64,000 nt of DNA from Octopus vulgaris (Eukaryota), in NCBI GenBank assembly GCA_951406725.2, contig OX597816.1, positions 120,714,001-120,778,000 on the forward strand, written 5' to 3'. Below the pieces are notes generated by a model. That model did not search any database. It saw only the letters and a program-made list of their open reading frames with translations, and was not told where the DNA came from. Positions 37,800-49,402 of this stretch are shown here, one piece after another. Position 1 is the stretch's first letter. The number at the start of each line of letters is the position of its first letter. The position numbers and the translations under genes are program-made.

Positions 37800-38238
37800 C
37801 GGCCATCGGGAAAATACTATGAAAAATGACCGTTATACAAAGGGGAATTACTGTGTGATTGACCGTTATTAAGACAAAAGAGCTATTTGATTGACCACTA
37901 AGTGAAGGGAGGGAATGAAAGTAAGGGTGTAAAAAGTTCATAGTATCCACGTGAGCGCGCATGCTTATACCTACATATGCGCGCCCGCACACCCACGTGC
38001 ATGCGCCTAAAAGTATACATATACAATCCCCATGTTAAAATTGACACTGAATTAACAGCTGTAAACAAAATTACAGTAAAGGCTCATTTCTAAAAATAAA
38101 CACTGAAAATGGTATGGCATCATTTCTAAAGATAACCAAGCAACTACTACTTCTATCCACAGGAATGTTTATAAAGGACAAAATTTAACCAGTCAACCAC
38201 AGTTGAAACCAATGAACACAACTGTCACCACCACCATA

Positions 38239-38281
38239 TGAACCTGAAGATTGCATAAGTGCAAGAAAGTATACTAGTTCA
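38239..38281 (+). ncRNA. Minimal type I hammerhead ribozyme (43 nt)
   Basis: TGAAC-CTGAAGA-TTGCA-TAAG-TGCAA-GAAA-GTATAC-TA-GTTCA. All stems perfect, palindromic stem III, cleavage predicted after A38276. Confidence 0.9.
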
Positions 38282-38436
38282 ATAAGAATGGACATTTAAT
38301 ATTGCGTTTGTTCAATAAGAATAGACAATTAATACTTCATTTCATTTCTTTTTACTCTGTTATTTTATATCTTATATTAATATTATAAGAATATAAATAA
38401 AACGTGAAAAACAGACGGAGTTGGAATTCCTTTGAG

Positions 38437-38497
<61 letters not shown>

Positions 38498-38599
38498 TGT
38501 GTGGATGGGCGTGGGTGTATATGTGCATATGTATATTTGTAAGCATGTATGTTTCTACGTGTACGTATGTAGGTAAGTAGGCAGCTGTGTGTAAGCATA

Positions 38600-38900
38600 T
38601 GCATAATCGATTGTAGTTCGGTGGGCCGAACAATGCATCCACTATAAAGTGCTCTATTGCATCGAAGGAAGACCTTTTCAAGAAATGCTTATACAATCAC
38701 GCTACATCATTTAGGAGCTATTAGTAGCAGAACATCATTACACTCACCAGCCTCATATAGAGCCTCTAAATATTATATGAAAGAAAGGTTATTAGAGAAA
38801 TGTAAACTTTATACCAACAACGGCAGGAGATGCAGTTTGTGCTTAGCAGAAAAGATTCAGATACTTAATAGTTCCCTTGTGCTTGAGATGTACCTCAATG
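38600..38900 (+). mobile_element. Penelope-like GIY-YIG fragment
   Basis: IEGRPFKKCLYNHATSFR (frameshifted), then LEKCKLYTNNGRRCSLCLAEKIQILN. Confidence 0.7.
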
Positions 38901-39413
38901 TCAAATTTTCATTCCTTTTTTTTACGCCAAACCTTGACACCTTCTTTACACGAGCAAAAGTAGTCTTATACACTGGTCCGGACCACCACAAGGGAGTCTA
39001 CTGCAGTGTCCCTTTCTGCCCTAACACTTCTCATGGTCGGCCTTTATACACTCCTTCATTTCTAACATCCTTCACTTTATCTTTTTCCTTTTCCCCCCTA
39101 TTTTTCTTCCTCCCCTCTCTTGTTTCCCCTCCGCCCCTTTCTCTTGTTATTCTACATTTTGCTTTCTTTATACTTAGAACTTATTGTGTGTCTACTTCTC
39201 TGCACCTAAGCTCTACTGATAACTCTCCTCTTGCCATGAAGGTAACGCATAAGTCCTCAACCATGAGCTACCATCTCTACACATTTAACCACATTTAACA
39301 CTTAATTACTTTTTTCCTTTTAAAATTTATTATTTAGTTTTCTGAAATGCTTTCAGCTTTGCTGTGCTCAGAGTGAATCCAAATTTGAACACCTATTTTT
39401 GAAAAAAACTTTT

Positions 39414-39700
39414 TAGGTGTTTCAGTCAGCTGACTGTGGCTATGCTGGGGTATTGCGTTGAAGAATTTTAGTCGAACGAATCCGGCGCCAGCACTTATTT
39501 TTCTTAAGCCTGATACTTATTCTATCTGCCTTTTTTTTGCCGAACCGCTAAGTTACAAGGACATAAACAAACCAATAACTTGTCAAGCGGCGGTGGGGGA
39601 CAAACACACACACACACACATGTATACAACAGGCTTCTTTCAGTCTCCATCTACCAGATTCACTCAGAAGGCTTTGGTCAATCAAAAGCTTTAGTAGAAG
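39414..39700 (-). mobile_element. SINE family B, partial and diverged
   Basis: Homology to 16392-16800. Confidence 0.75.
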
Positions 39701-42015
39701 ACATGTATGTATGTAAGTGTGTATGTATGGATGGATGGATGGATGGATGGATGGATGGATGGATGGATGGATGTGTGTGTGTGTGTCGTGCGTGTGTGAG
39801 AGAGAGTTTTGGATGGAGAGGGAGAGTACATGCGAAAACTTTTAAAAAGTTTTCCTCCGACCATTAATATCACCGAGCACCAGTAGAGTCTTTTAAAATT
39901 CATTGATATTTCTCTTCTATTTACTAATTAATAAAAAAAAATATATGGGACTGTACAACTGCTACACACTTCCTTGATTATCTCCCAAAATAAACTTTCA
40001 GCTAATTATTGGCAAAGATCTATTCACCAGCAAACTAAAACAATTAACTCACTAATTAGCTTTTTGCGTCCCTATTACAACTAATCTTTGAAAAACATTA
40101 CATTACACTTCTGTTCACATCCTTCAATGCAGCCATCATTTCTGCATTTGTCTTCCTTCCATTGTACCATGCATCCCTAACCTAATGCCTCTAAATATAT
40201 CTAACTTATTACCTCAGCTCTCGAGAACACCCCGCTTTCTCCACATTTTCCCCTACAGCTTGTAATAATCACTTCATGGTTATTACTATAACCCCATACA
40301 CATTGCTCTCCCCCAACATAGTTTTCCTGCCACATACACTGATGCATCATAGCTTCCTAAAATTTTATTCTAGCCATGCCTTTTGTATAGAATGGACCGC
40401 GTGTGAACTACCGTCTGACAAAACTATTTCCAAAATTAGACATGTTTTCAGTCTGTATAATTTACTGCAGCTATCGCGTGATGCAACCAAACTGTCTTCT
40501 TGTAGTCTTTAGCCCCGCGCTTTTCAAGCAAACCCCGAAGGAAGCTGTGAGTTCATTTCTCCCCACAAACAGAAGAGTTTGTAAGAACTTAGTCGGTTGC
40601 TATACGTTGCTGTTTTTCTGTCACAGAGATCTCTGTCAATCCGTATTGTCCAAAAATGTGGGCAAAGTGTTTGTGCACTATCGTCTTTCTGTCTATAATT
40701 CAGAAATTTCGAACTATATTGACGCATACGCTGTTACACATCTCACTAAATTGCAATACTATAACACGTTTTCTCTCTCTCTCGCACACACTCACAGACA
40801 CACAAATAGTAATAATTATTACTGGGTTTGTTCTGTTATACCCGCACGTATTACCAAAAATGTAACCGTTGTATTACTTTTAAACACAGTGCCAACTATT
40901 AATTAAATGAAGAAATGTTTTGTTGGAAAGAATCTTCTGTATTTATTTTATCTGGCGTTACTTAAACAGGTTACATCACACGCTCTTACTGTATCGAGAC
41001 GACCTCGTGTCGTTGATCGCTATAGTACTTTGGTTTCCTAGAATCCCAACAGAAATTTCCTCCTTACTCTATTTCATCTATTGATGCTATCAGTCACTGC
41101 AAAGCAGTCCAGCATTTTATAGGAAAGTGAGTTAGGCTAGCGAAATTCATAACAAAGTTGAGCAACTGCGTCGATTTCACTAGGTTGTGTTTAGAAGTTG
41201 GTGGAACTCACCCACGAAATAACAATTTCTAACACTGGCTGAATACTTTTGGTGGAAGGGAATATTCGATGAAACCGAAACCAGAACGCATCTGGTCTTT
41301 AATTCATATAATTGGCAGAAATTCATCACCAGCGAAATAACAGATTAGTCACACAAATTATGAGCTTGTAGTTCAATAACCCTAACTCATATAATCTAAC
41401 GGTCAATACCATGAACCAGTAAATCGGAGACATCGATGTATTTATTTCGAGTTCAGATCCATTAGGGCGATTTTTATCTTCTAACACATATTGTGTTTAT
41501 AAGATAAGGTACCATATCTAAATTCGATCAGATTATTACTAAAATAGGTACCGGTTATATTTTAAGATTAATTCAGTCGAATTAATCTAATTCTCTGCAA
41601 TTATTGGCTTACAAAAATGTCAATAGCTACAGTCTGACTCGAGAAGGAAGTTCGTCTCTTAAATAATTGCTACACTTTGAAGCATCCATAGTTCAGCTAT
41701 TAGTCAAAGGGAAACAATACATATATAAAATACGTAAAGTTTGATAATGAAACGCAAATATATTTTGGTATATATAAAAATGACAAGTTTTAATCAGTTA
41801 GAGAATTTTTAAAGCGATAAGTGAAGATATAAACGGATTTGCATTTTTAAATCAACCAGATTTTAAATAACTTGAAAAAAGAAAGTTCTTCGAAATTTTA
41901 AGTAACTTGCGTATAAACAGGAAATAAAGTTAAGTTCTTCGAAATAAAGTTAAAATCAAACAAACAAATGTAATATGTAAAATAATATCAAATTAAACAT
42001 ATATCTGTACGTTAT

Positions 42016-42217
42016 ATGAACCCTATGTTCACACCAGTTCTTCGTAAATTAGGTGTAGCTTTGCTTCGAAGTCAGGTAACTGCGACGAGAATACACGGTG
42101 TGGGCGGAATTATACGGAGTAATTGTTTACATAAAAATTCGGTAACATTATCACTGAAGATGGCGAAATACCGGCCTGTAACACATGTCATATTCGATAT
42201 GGACGGACTTCTTTTAG
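42016..42217 (+). CDS. PUDP: Pseudouridine-5'-phosphatase (HAD hydrolase, HDHD1/GS1 family), coding exon 1; conserved start at ATG 42160, upstream in-frame ATGs at 42016 and 42025
   Basis: MAKYRPVTHVIFDMDGLLL matches the family N-terminus (PVTHLIFDMDGLLLD, HAD motif I). ATG context GAAGATGG. Phase-1 donor G|GTAAAT at 42218 splits the next Asp codon. No exon 2 recognised in the window. Confidence 0.88.
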
Positions 42218-42848
42218 GTAAATTGTGAATTCCTTTTATATTTCTCTTCCCTACCAAATTCAGTATTTTCACTAAGTGTATACGATTCTGTTCTTTCTAT
42301 TATAATATAATACTGTTACCGGTGACTAAAACCTGATCGCAATATTTTGTTTTGCCACATTCTTACCTGTGTTTGAAGAACTTTTTCTTAATACTCTTAT
42401 TTTATTCATCACATAACCAGGCAAGATACTACTGGTTTTCTGAATAATAAATTTGAAAAGGCCGCCTTGCTTTGAAAAGCATTTTTGTATCTTTTTGCCG
42501 TATTATCGATAGGACAGGGGCACCATGGAAGATCATGAAATTGTGAAGCTAAGCAGTTGTAACGGGTTTTTAGGGTTTTGCTATCTGTTGGATATGTAGA
42601 AGATTCAGTATTCCAGGATTGTCCTTATGATGTGTGGTACTGACTGTTTTGATATTGTCAAAGAAGACTAAGTTTGTCATGTTTAGCACTGGAGTATGTT
42701 TATCACCTTTCTTTAATAGAAATCATGCAAATCTCTGAGTTGACTATCTTGCATATGCATGATTACACTGTAAAAGATCCAGGAGTGAAGAACGGTACCA
42801 TCTCCATCAGAGTATATTTGCAAAAACAACAACGAGTAGGCTGTTATA

Positions 42849-43145
42849 TAGGCGCAGTGGGTGGCTGCGTGGTAAGTAGCTTGCTTACGAACCACATGGT
42901 TCCGACTTCAGTCCCACTGCATGGCACTTTGTGCAAGTGTCTTCTACTATAGCCTCAGGCCGACCAAAGCCTTGTGAGTGCATTTTGTAGACAGAAACTG
43001 AAAGAAACCCGTCGTATATATGAATATATATATGCATGTGTGTCTGTGTTTGTCCCCCCAACATCGCTTGACAACCGATGCTGGTGTGTTTACTTCCCCG
43101 TCACTTAGCGGTTTGGCAACAGAGACCGATAGAATAAGTACTAGT
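42849..43145 (+). mobile_element. SINE family B, 3'-truncated
   Basis: TAGGCGCAGTGGGTGGCTGCGTGG head plus body homology. Confidence 0.85.
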
Positions 43146-43978
43146 ATGGGTGTGAGGTTAAAAAGTTTACTTCCCAACCACATGGGTTCAGTCTTCTACT
43201 GTAGCAGTAGTTCATAACTGTAAGCTAAGTATGTTGCACAATATATCATCAATATTATAGTATTCCACATTTTGAAACATTTGTAATACTCATTTTTAGA
43301 GGAAAAATTTCATACTCTCACACCTTCATTTTAATTTTCACAATTAAAATCTTGGAAAAGCAAGAGAGAGAAATTCTGATTTATGCATAATAGATTTTCC
43401 AATTTTTTTTTCTGAAAGAATATAGATTATAAGTGTTTCAAAATGTGGAATACTTCATGATGAGAAATAATTTTTAAAAATTGTGATGGCTTGTGTTCCG
43501 AAGATATGAGAAGGTATAGGTAGACATTTAAAAAAAGCATGGATTTAAAAGTTTTAAAGGAAGTCCTCCCATGCATGTCTTGAAATGTGGGATACTCTAA
43601 AATGTGGAAAAATCCTGAAAAAACAATGAGAAATCCCAATTTATATAAGAGAGCTATTCAGGAAGTCCTACAAACATAAATTAAATGTCTTTTTTTGTGT
43701 TTTTAAATTCATAATGACAGAGTTTCTAGAACAAAAAAAATTGTGGAAAACACCAAGTAACAAAAACAATGGATGAGCTCCAGTTTGAACTGTACTATGA
43801 TAATGTGTACTCCACTCAGTGCATGAGTCTGTTGGGTCATGCTTAACAAATGTACAAAGACAAATGTACAGTTCTTTACTAAGAGCAAAAGTCAAAATAC
43901 CAAATTATGGAAGATATAAAGAAGCTTACTTTTTTTCTGAAAAACTACATGCTCAAGGTAATATCTGTGTGAAATACA

Positions 43979-44094
43979 TAGAAGTCAAAATCCCCAGAGA
44001 ATACTAAGCAGAGAAGCAAGCTGCCAAGACCATAAATACATACACACATACACATGTAAATGTATGTATGTATATGTGTATGATACATACCTAT

Positions 44095-44154
<60 letters not shown>

Positions 44155-44267
44155 ATGTGTGTGTATAGGTATATACATACATACATTTACATGTGTATGT
44201 GTGTATGTATTTATGGTCTTGGCAGCTTGCTTCTCTGCTTAGTATTCTCTGGGGATTTTGGCTTCTA
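43979..44267. repeat. Near-perfect ~290-bp palindrome centred on (TA)n
   Basis: GAAGTCAAAATCCCCAGAGAATACTAAGCAGAGAAGCAAGCTGCCAAGACCATAAATAC... and its reverse complement ending 44265. Centre is (CA)n(TA)n(TG)n. Confidence 0.92.
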
Positions 44268-44305
44268 GAATGACCACTGGTTTCATCACCCATGCCATAG
44301 ATACA

Positions 44306-44379
<74 letters not shown>

Positions 44380-45021
44380 TACATACACATACACACACAT
44401 ATATATATAGATATATATATATAAACCTTCCCTATATATAATATATATATACATACCCACATATATGTGTATGCATACAAGCATATCTAAACATTTGTGT
44501 ATGTGTGTGTATATGCAGAGAGACTACTGGAGGCTACATTGTGGTAGAGAATATTAAAGCAGAAATTAGATCATTCTTATATTTACATATGTATGTATGT
44601 ACATGCACACACACACATATACATTCATACTTATATATATACATACTTATTTCTACATATATATGCACATGCACACATACATATATATATATACACACTC
44701 ATACATATATACATATATTATATCACACACATATATACATTTGTACATATATACATAGATACGTATACACATGCATATATGTATATATATTCATTTTGTT
44801 ATTGCTGTTATCCTTGTCATCATTGTTGTTGTTACTAACGTTTTTGTTCAGTGTTATGTTTTCATCTTTTTAGGGAATTCTCTTGGAAATTTTATGACTA
44901 GCTTCATTAGTAAACTTTCCGCTGTCCACTTTGGGAAACACTGTCCTATTGCCTTAGGCTGACCTAAGTCTTGTGAGTTGATCTGGGAGATGAAACTGAA
45001 AAAAGCACATCATGTAAATAA

Positions 45022-45056
<35 letters not shown>

Positions 45057-45120
45057 GGAGTAAACACATAAATGTGAAACAAGGTGGAAAAAAGAGTACT
45101 CAAATACCAGGGGCAGAGTA

Positions 45121-45302
45121 ATATGCTTTATTTAAAAGCAGCAGAAATTCAACAATTTCTGCTGCTTTTAAATAAAGTATATATATATATACATTAGAAC
45201 ACATTAAGAGGCTTCCAAATAGGAAAGCCTTGTGCTAGAAAGAGCAGTTCTTTCTAGCACAAGGGTTTCCTATTTGGAAGCCTCTTAATGTGTTGTAATG
45301 TA
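45121..45302. repeat. Two adjacent hairpins (29-bp arms at 45121-45182; ~55-bp arms at 45190-45302)
   Basis: CTTTATTTAAAAGCAGCAGAAATT/AATTTCTGCTGCTTTTAAATAAAG and ACACATTAAGAGGCTTCCAAATAGGAAA..CTTGTGCTAGAAAGA/TCTTTCTAGCACAAG..TTTCCTATTTGGAAGCCTCTTAATGTGT. Confidence 0.92.
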
Positions 45303-45628
45303 CACAATATTTTTATGTGAATAATATATAGTCTATTGACTTTTTTTTGTGCTAGGCCACTGGTAATAATAATTTCTATAATTCTTATTACCCTAATATT
45401 ATTTATTATGTTTAAATAAATATATATATATATATATATATAATAATAATATATATATTATATATATATATATAATATAATATAATATAAATGTATAAAA
45501 GGTATTGGTATCTAGAAGACCCAAAGAATGGCAGGTAGTGCTAAGTAAGTGCTAAGGACAGACCATAGTTAAACTCTTGGTTCGATTGTGATATGAGTGA
45601 GGACTCAATCATTTATCTCTCTCACATT

Positions 45629-45676
45629 GTCTCTGATGAAGGTATATCCATAATATCCCAGAAACAGATGTAAGAC
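45629..45676 (+). ncRNA. Type I hammerhead ribozyme (slightly degenerate) in a ~260-bp insert between TA-rich microsatellites
   Basis: GTCT-CTGATGA-AGGTATAT..ATATCCCA-GAAA-CAGATG-TA-AGAC. GUA site, mismatches in stems II and III. Confidence 0.7.
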
Positions 45677-46033
45677 TATATCTGTTTCCTTATAAATGCC
45701 CTAAAAACTCCTCACAGCCTTGGCTTTGTTATCTGTTTTTGTCTTTTATATATATATATATATATATATAAATATATAAATGTATATATATATAAATGTA
45801 TGTTTGAGTTTCAGTGTCGTGATATTGCCTGATAATTGTAAATGAGTGTCACTGTCATACAAGCAGTGTTATGTGTTTCCATTATTCTGTGAAAACATGT
45901 TGGCCATGGGGAAATATTAGCTCACTTGGAAACAAGTAAGGGTTGGTGATAAGAAGGGCATCTGGTTATAGAGGATTTGCTTCATTAAACTTTGTCAGCC
46001 TTGGTAAAGTAATGTTAAAATGATGATATGTTA

Positions 46034-46225
46034 AGGCAGTGAGCTGAATCATTAGCACACCAGACAAAATGCTTTGTAGCATTTCATCTGTCTTTACGTC
46101 CTGAGTTCAAATTCTGCTGAGGTTCACTATGCCTCTCATCCTTTTGGGGGCGATCACTGGGACTGATGTAATCGTCTTACTTCCTCCCCCGAAAATACTG
46201 GCCTTGTGCCAAAATTTGAAACTGA
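46034..46225 (+). mobile_element. SINE family C, older copy with alternative tail
   Basis: GGCAGTGAGCTG head, GAGTTCAAATTC B box, tail ...CCCCCGAAAATACTGGCCTTGTGCCAAAATTTGAAA. Confidence 0.75.
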
Positions 46226-46253
46226 TATGTTTAGATATGCTACGTGTCGTTAA

Positions 46254-47482
46254 CACAGAATTAGATGAGCAGTAAAATATGTCTCGAATGGTACACCGTA
46301 GTTATTGTAGCAGGTCAATTATTCAATAGTTTACTCTTGCAACCACCATGTGTGGCTAATCGTTAGCATTTTGTCCCAACACTAGATAAATCAAATAAAT
46401 TCTAATAATATTCTTGCACACTAATGTATTAGAACAACTCTTTTATGATAGTAACGTTATTACTCATTTGTTTGATATTTCATTAAACATATATACAGTT
46501 AAAACTGCCGTCAGAGTTATCGTTTTAATTTTAAATATTTACTTTATATTATCTAAATGACCTTTAGAGAGTCACAGAAGGTTGAGTTGATAATACACGC
46601 AAACAACACGCACCTATCAGCCGTTAGTAACCTTTGCTATATTATTGTTTAGTATTTTGTGCGTAGTTTTTACTGCTGACTCGACCCAGTTTGTTTTGGT
46701 TGTTCAGTGGAAAAGACTGAAGGAGATGTTGGCTACTTATAAAATTCATAAGGCAATGTGATAAGGTTGATATCCATATGTTATTGCATTCATCTGCGAT
46801 CATTTACATTACGAAGTCTCCATCAACTGTCCAGTATTTTACAGAGTTACGTACCATATAGGGAAACCTCTAGTGGTCGCTCGACTTGCTGGAAATAACT
46901 ACGAAACAACATTCAAATCACATATCATTGTCTGAAAAGGATCCACCCATTTTATATTGTGATATCACAACATAGAAAGAAGGATGGTCAAGTCTGAAAT
47001 GTCTATAATCATAGTGATCCTGTGCTTATCACCAATATGTAGCACGTTTAATACAGTTTATCTAAGGGGGATAACTCTCTTTTTCGACAACGATATTTAA
47101 AAAAAGATTAATACATTATTTTTTAACCTCTGAATATTTCCTTCGCAGTAATTATTTTAACTCATAATACGCTGGGATTTGCACTTAAATATAGCATGGA
47201 ATGCTGAGCACATTTTATGAAAATGAGACTATCATGCACACATAAACAAAAAAATAGTTAAAATGTCTTCTTAGTATATAACGGTAGCAAATTTTACATC
47301 ATCTGAAAAGTCATTAGTTGAACTATTAGTCCTCTTGCATTCTCGGTGGTATCGATCAGAGCGTTTGAGCAACATTAGACCCCAACAAACGCCCATAAAT
47401 TAAATGCATCTATCTGGGCCACGATCGTGGCCTTTCGACCTGTACTTGACGGCCACGATCGTGGCTCGTAGCACTTTATGTG
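46254..47482. mobile_element. Possible piggyBac-type non-autonomous element (TTAA-flanked)
   Basis: TTAA-CACAGAA... and ...TTTATGTG-TTAA ends. Subterminal 16-bp palindromes GGCCACGATCGTGGCC (47417-47432) and GGCCACGATCGTGGCT (47451-47466). Confidence 0.45.
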
Positions 47483-48443
47483 TTAAGAACGATATACAGT
47501 GATACTAGTAACAACAGAAATAATAAGAAATGTCCAATAGCAATTTTGTCTCAACTTGGAATATAATGACATCTTTTATCTTTTACTCGTCTCAGTCATT
47601 GGAATACGGCCATGTCAACCGAAGTTTCTTTTTTCTTTTCGTTTTTAAGTCAAACTAATCAACCCCAGTATTTATTTCTTAAGCCTGGTACTTATTTTAT
47701 CGATCTCTTTTGCTGAACTGTTATATAATTAAGACGTAAACGAACTAACACTGATTGTCAACATGGGGTGATAGGGGGCGGACACAAAGACAAGTGCGTG
47801 CGCACACACACACACGTGCGTGAACATACAAGGGTGCGTGGTCTAGTGGATAGAGTAGATTGTGTGATCGTGGGTTCGATTGTCAGACTGGACCATGCAT
47901 TGTGTTCTTGAGCAAAACACCTCACCTCTTATTATTGTATGATCACTATGGCGTCTTATGTGTGATACAAGTGATGTGTGACACAGTCCAATGCTTGAAA
48001 CATGTGAAATAAAAGAAATGCAAAAAAAAAACAATTTCAAATTCTTATTCTCAAGTCTCAACCTGATTTCAAAGTAAACATATCACTACCAGTGTTATAT
48101 GATATGTGTTAAAAATATTTATCTTTATGAGATATATTTCTTAAAACACAAGTGTAATGTAGCTTCTGTTTTTTTTTCTTCTCGCATTGTAATTTTTCTT
48201 GTGTAATTAATTAATCATCACCATCATTATCTAAACACTTGGCACTTTTCATTCTCTATTTCTCTTTGGAATGAAGTACATAACTATGGCTTTCTTGGTT
48301 GTTCTACCTTTTGTGTTGCTGTTTGAAATACCTTCACGTAAAAAGGCAAATGTCTTTGTTAAAAAAAGAACTCACCACTAGCTGGCAACTATCGATCAAA
48401 TAGTATTGATATTCCTATAAAATATTATAGTATATTTGATATG

Positions 48444-49402
48444 CAGTGTTGCCAACTTAAAATCAGATTTTTTTGCTAAATTTCAGTGGAAAAAATACCA
48501 AAAAAATGCTAAATACTAATTATATCAAAAAGCTTCATTTTTATTTATATTTTTATTTACTTTCTTTAATTATATTCAGCATTGAGAAATGATTTCTTGA
48601 ATTTCACTGATTTGATCACTTTCAGCTGCAGTGTCTAGGTCATGACTTCTGTATACATTCAAGGTCCCAATCTTGTTAATTATGTGTTTTGGAATGTTGA
48701 AGTTTTTGCAACATTTGCCACATCTTTTCAGGCCGTATTTTATAGATAGTATTGATCTAAGCATAGGAAGATGCACTTTGTTTTTCAATCTTGATTTCAT
48801 TACACCCATACTACTGAACAACCATTCAACTTCTGCATTTGAGTTTGGCAATGTCAGATTAATGGCAAAATTTGCAACATCTCTAAAAGGATTTCCTCCA
48901 GTAGCATCTTTGTATTCCAAAACTTCTAGCCAGAATGCCTCAGTCTTAGACATATTTGTCCAATTAACTAAATGAATGCTATTAAACTGAATTTCAATTG
49001 AAACATTTTTTTCTTCATTTAAATGCATTGCTTCTAAGACAGGTAAAATTGACTCTTTGAAATGCTACAAAATATTCTCTACTGAAAAACATTTGACATT
49101 CCCTAGTATATTAATATTTCCTGGCAAACGGTGCTTGATCTCTTTATAAAGGCAGAGTAAAAACTGTTGTGCTCTTTTGCGAATATTATTTTCTTCAGTG
49201 GTTGTTACAGTCTTCTTGATAATCATTTCTGCTATCTTTCTCTTGAACCTGTAGCCTAAATTTGGTTTAGGATCCAGAAAGTTTTCAGTAGAAGCATCCA
49301 GATCAAGAAGATCAATTCTACATGTTGGCAACAGATTTGATCAAATTTGAAAGTAATTTTGTTTTGTCAACAGTGTTTGATTCAAATAGTTTATTCACTT
49401 CC
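48444..49402 (-). mobile_element. hAT transposon 3' fragment with TIR
   Basis: TIR CAGTGTTGCCAACT at 48444. Minus ORFs encode FWLEV...NPFRDVANFAINLTLPNSNAEVEWLFSSM...KSRLKNK (hAT C-terminal dimerisation domain). Confidence 0.85.

Noticed and set aside
40200-40910. Unique, CpG-richer segment with a 167-aa ORF; possible divergent first exon upstream of PUDP
   Set aside because: No recognisable protein similarity or convincing exon structure; needs RNA-seq.
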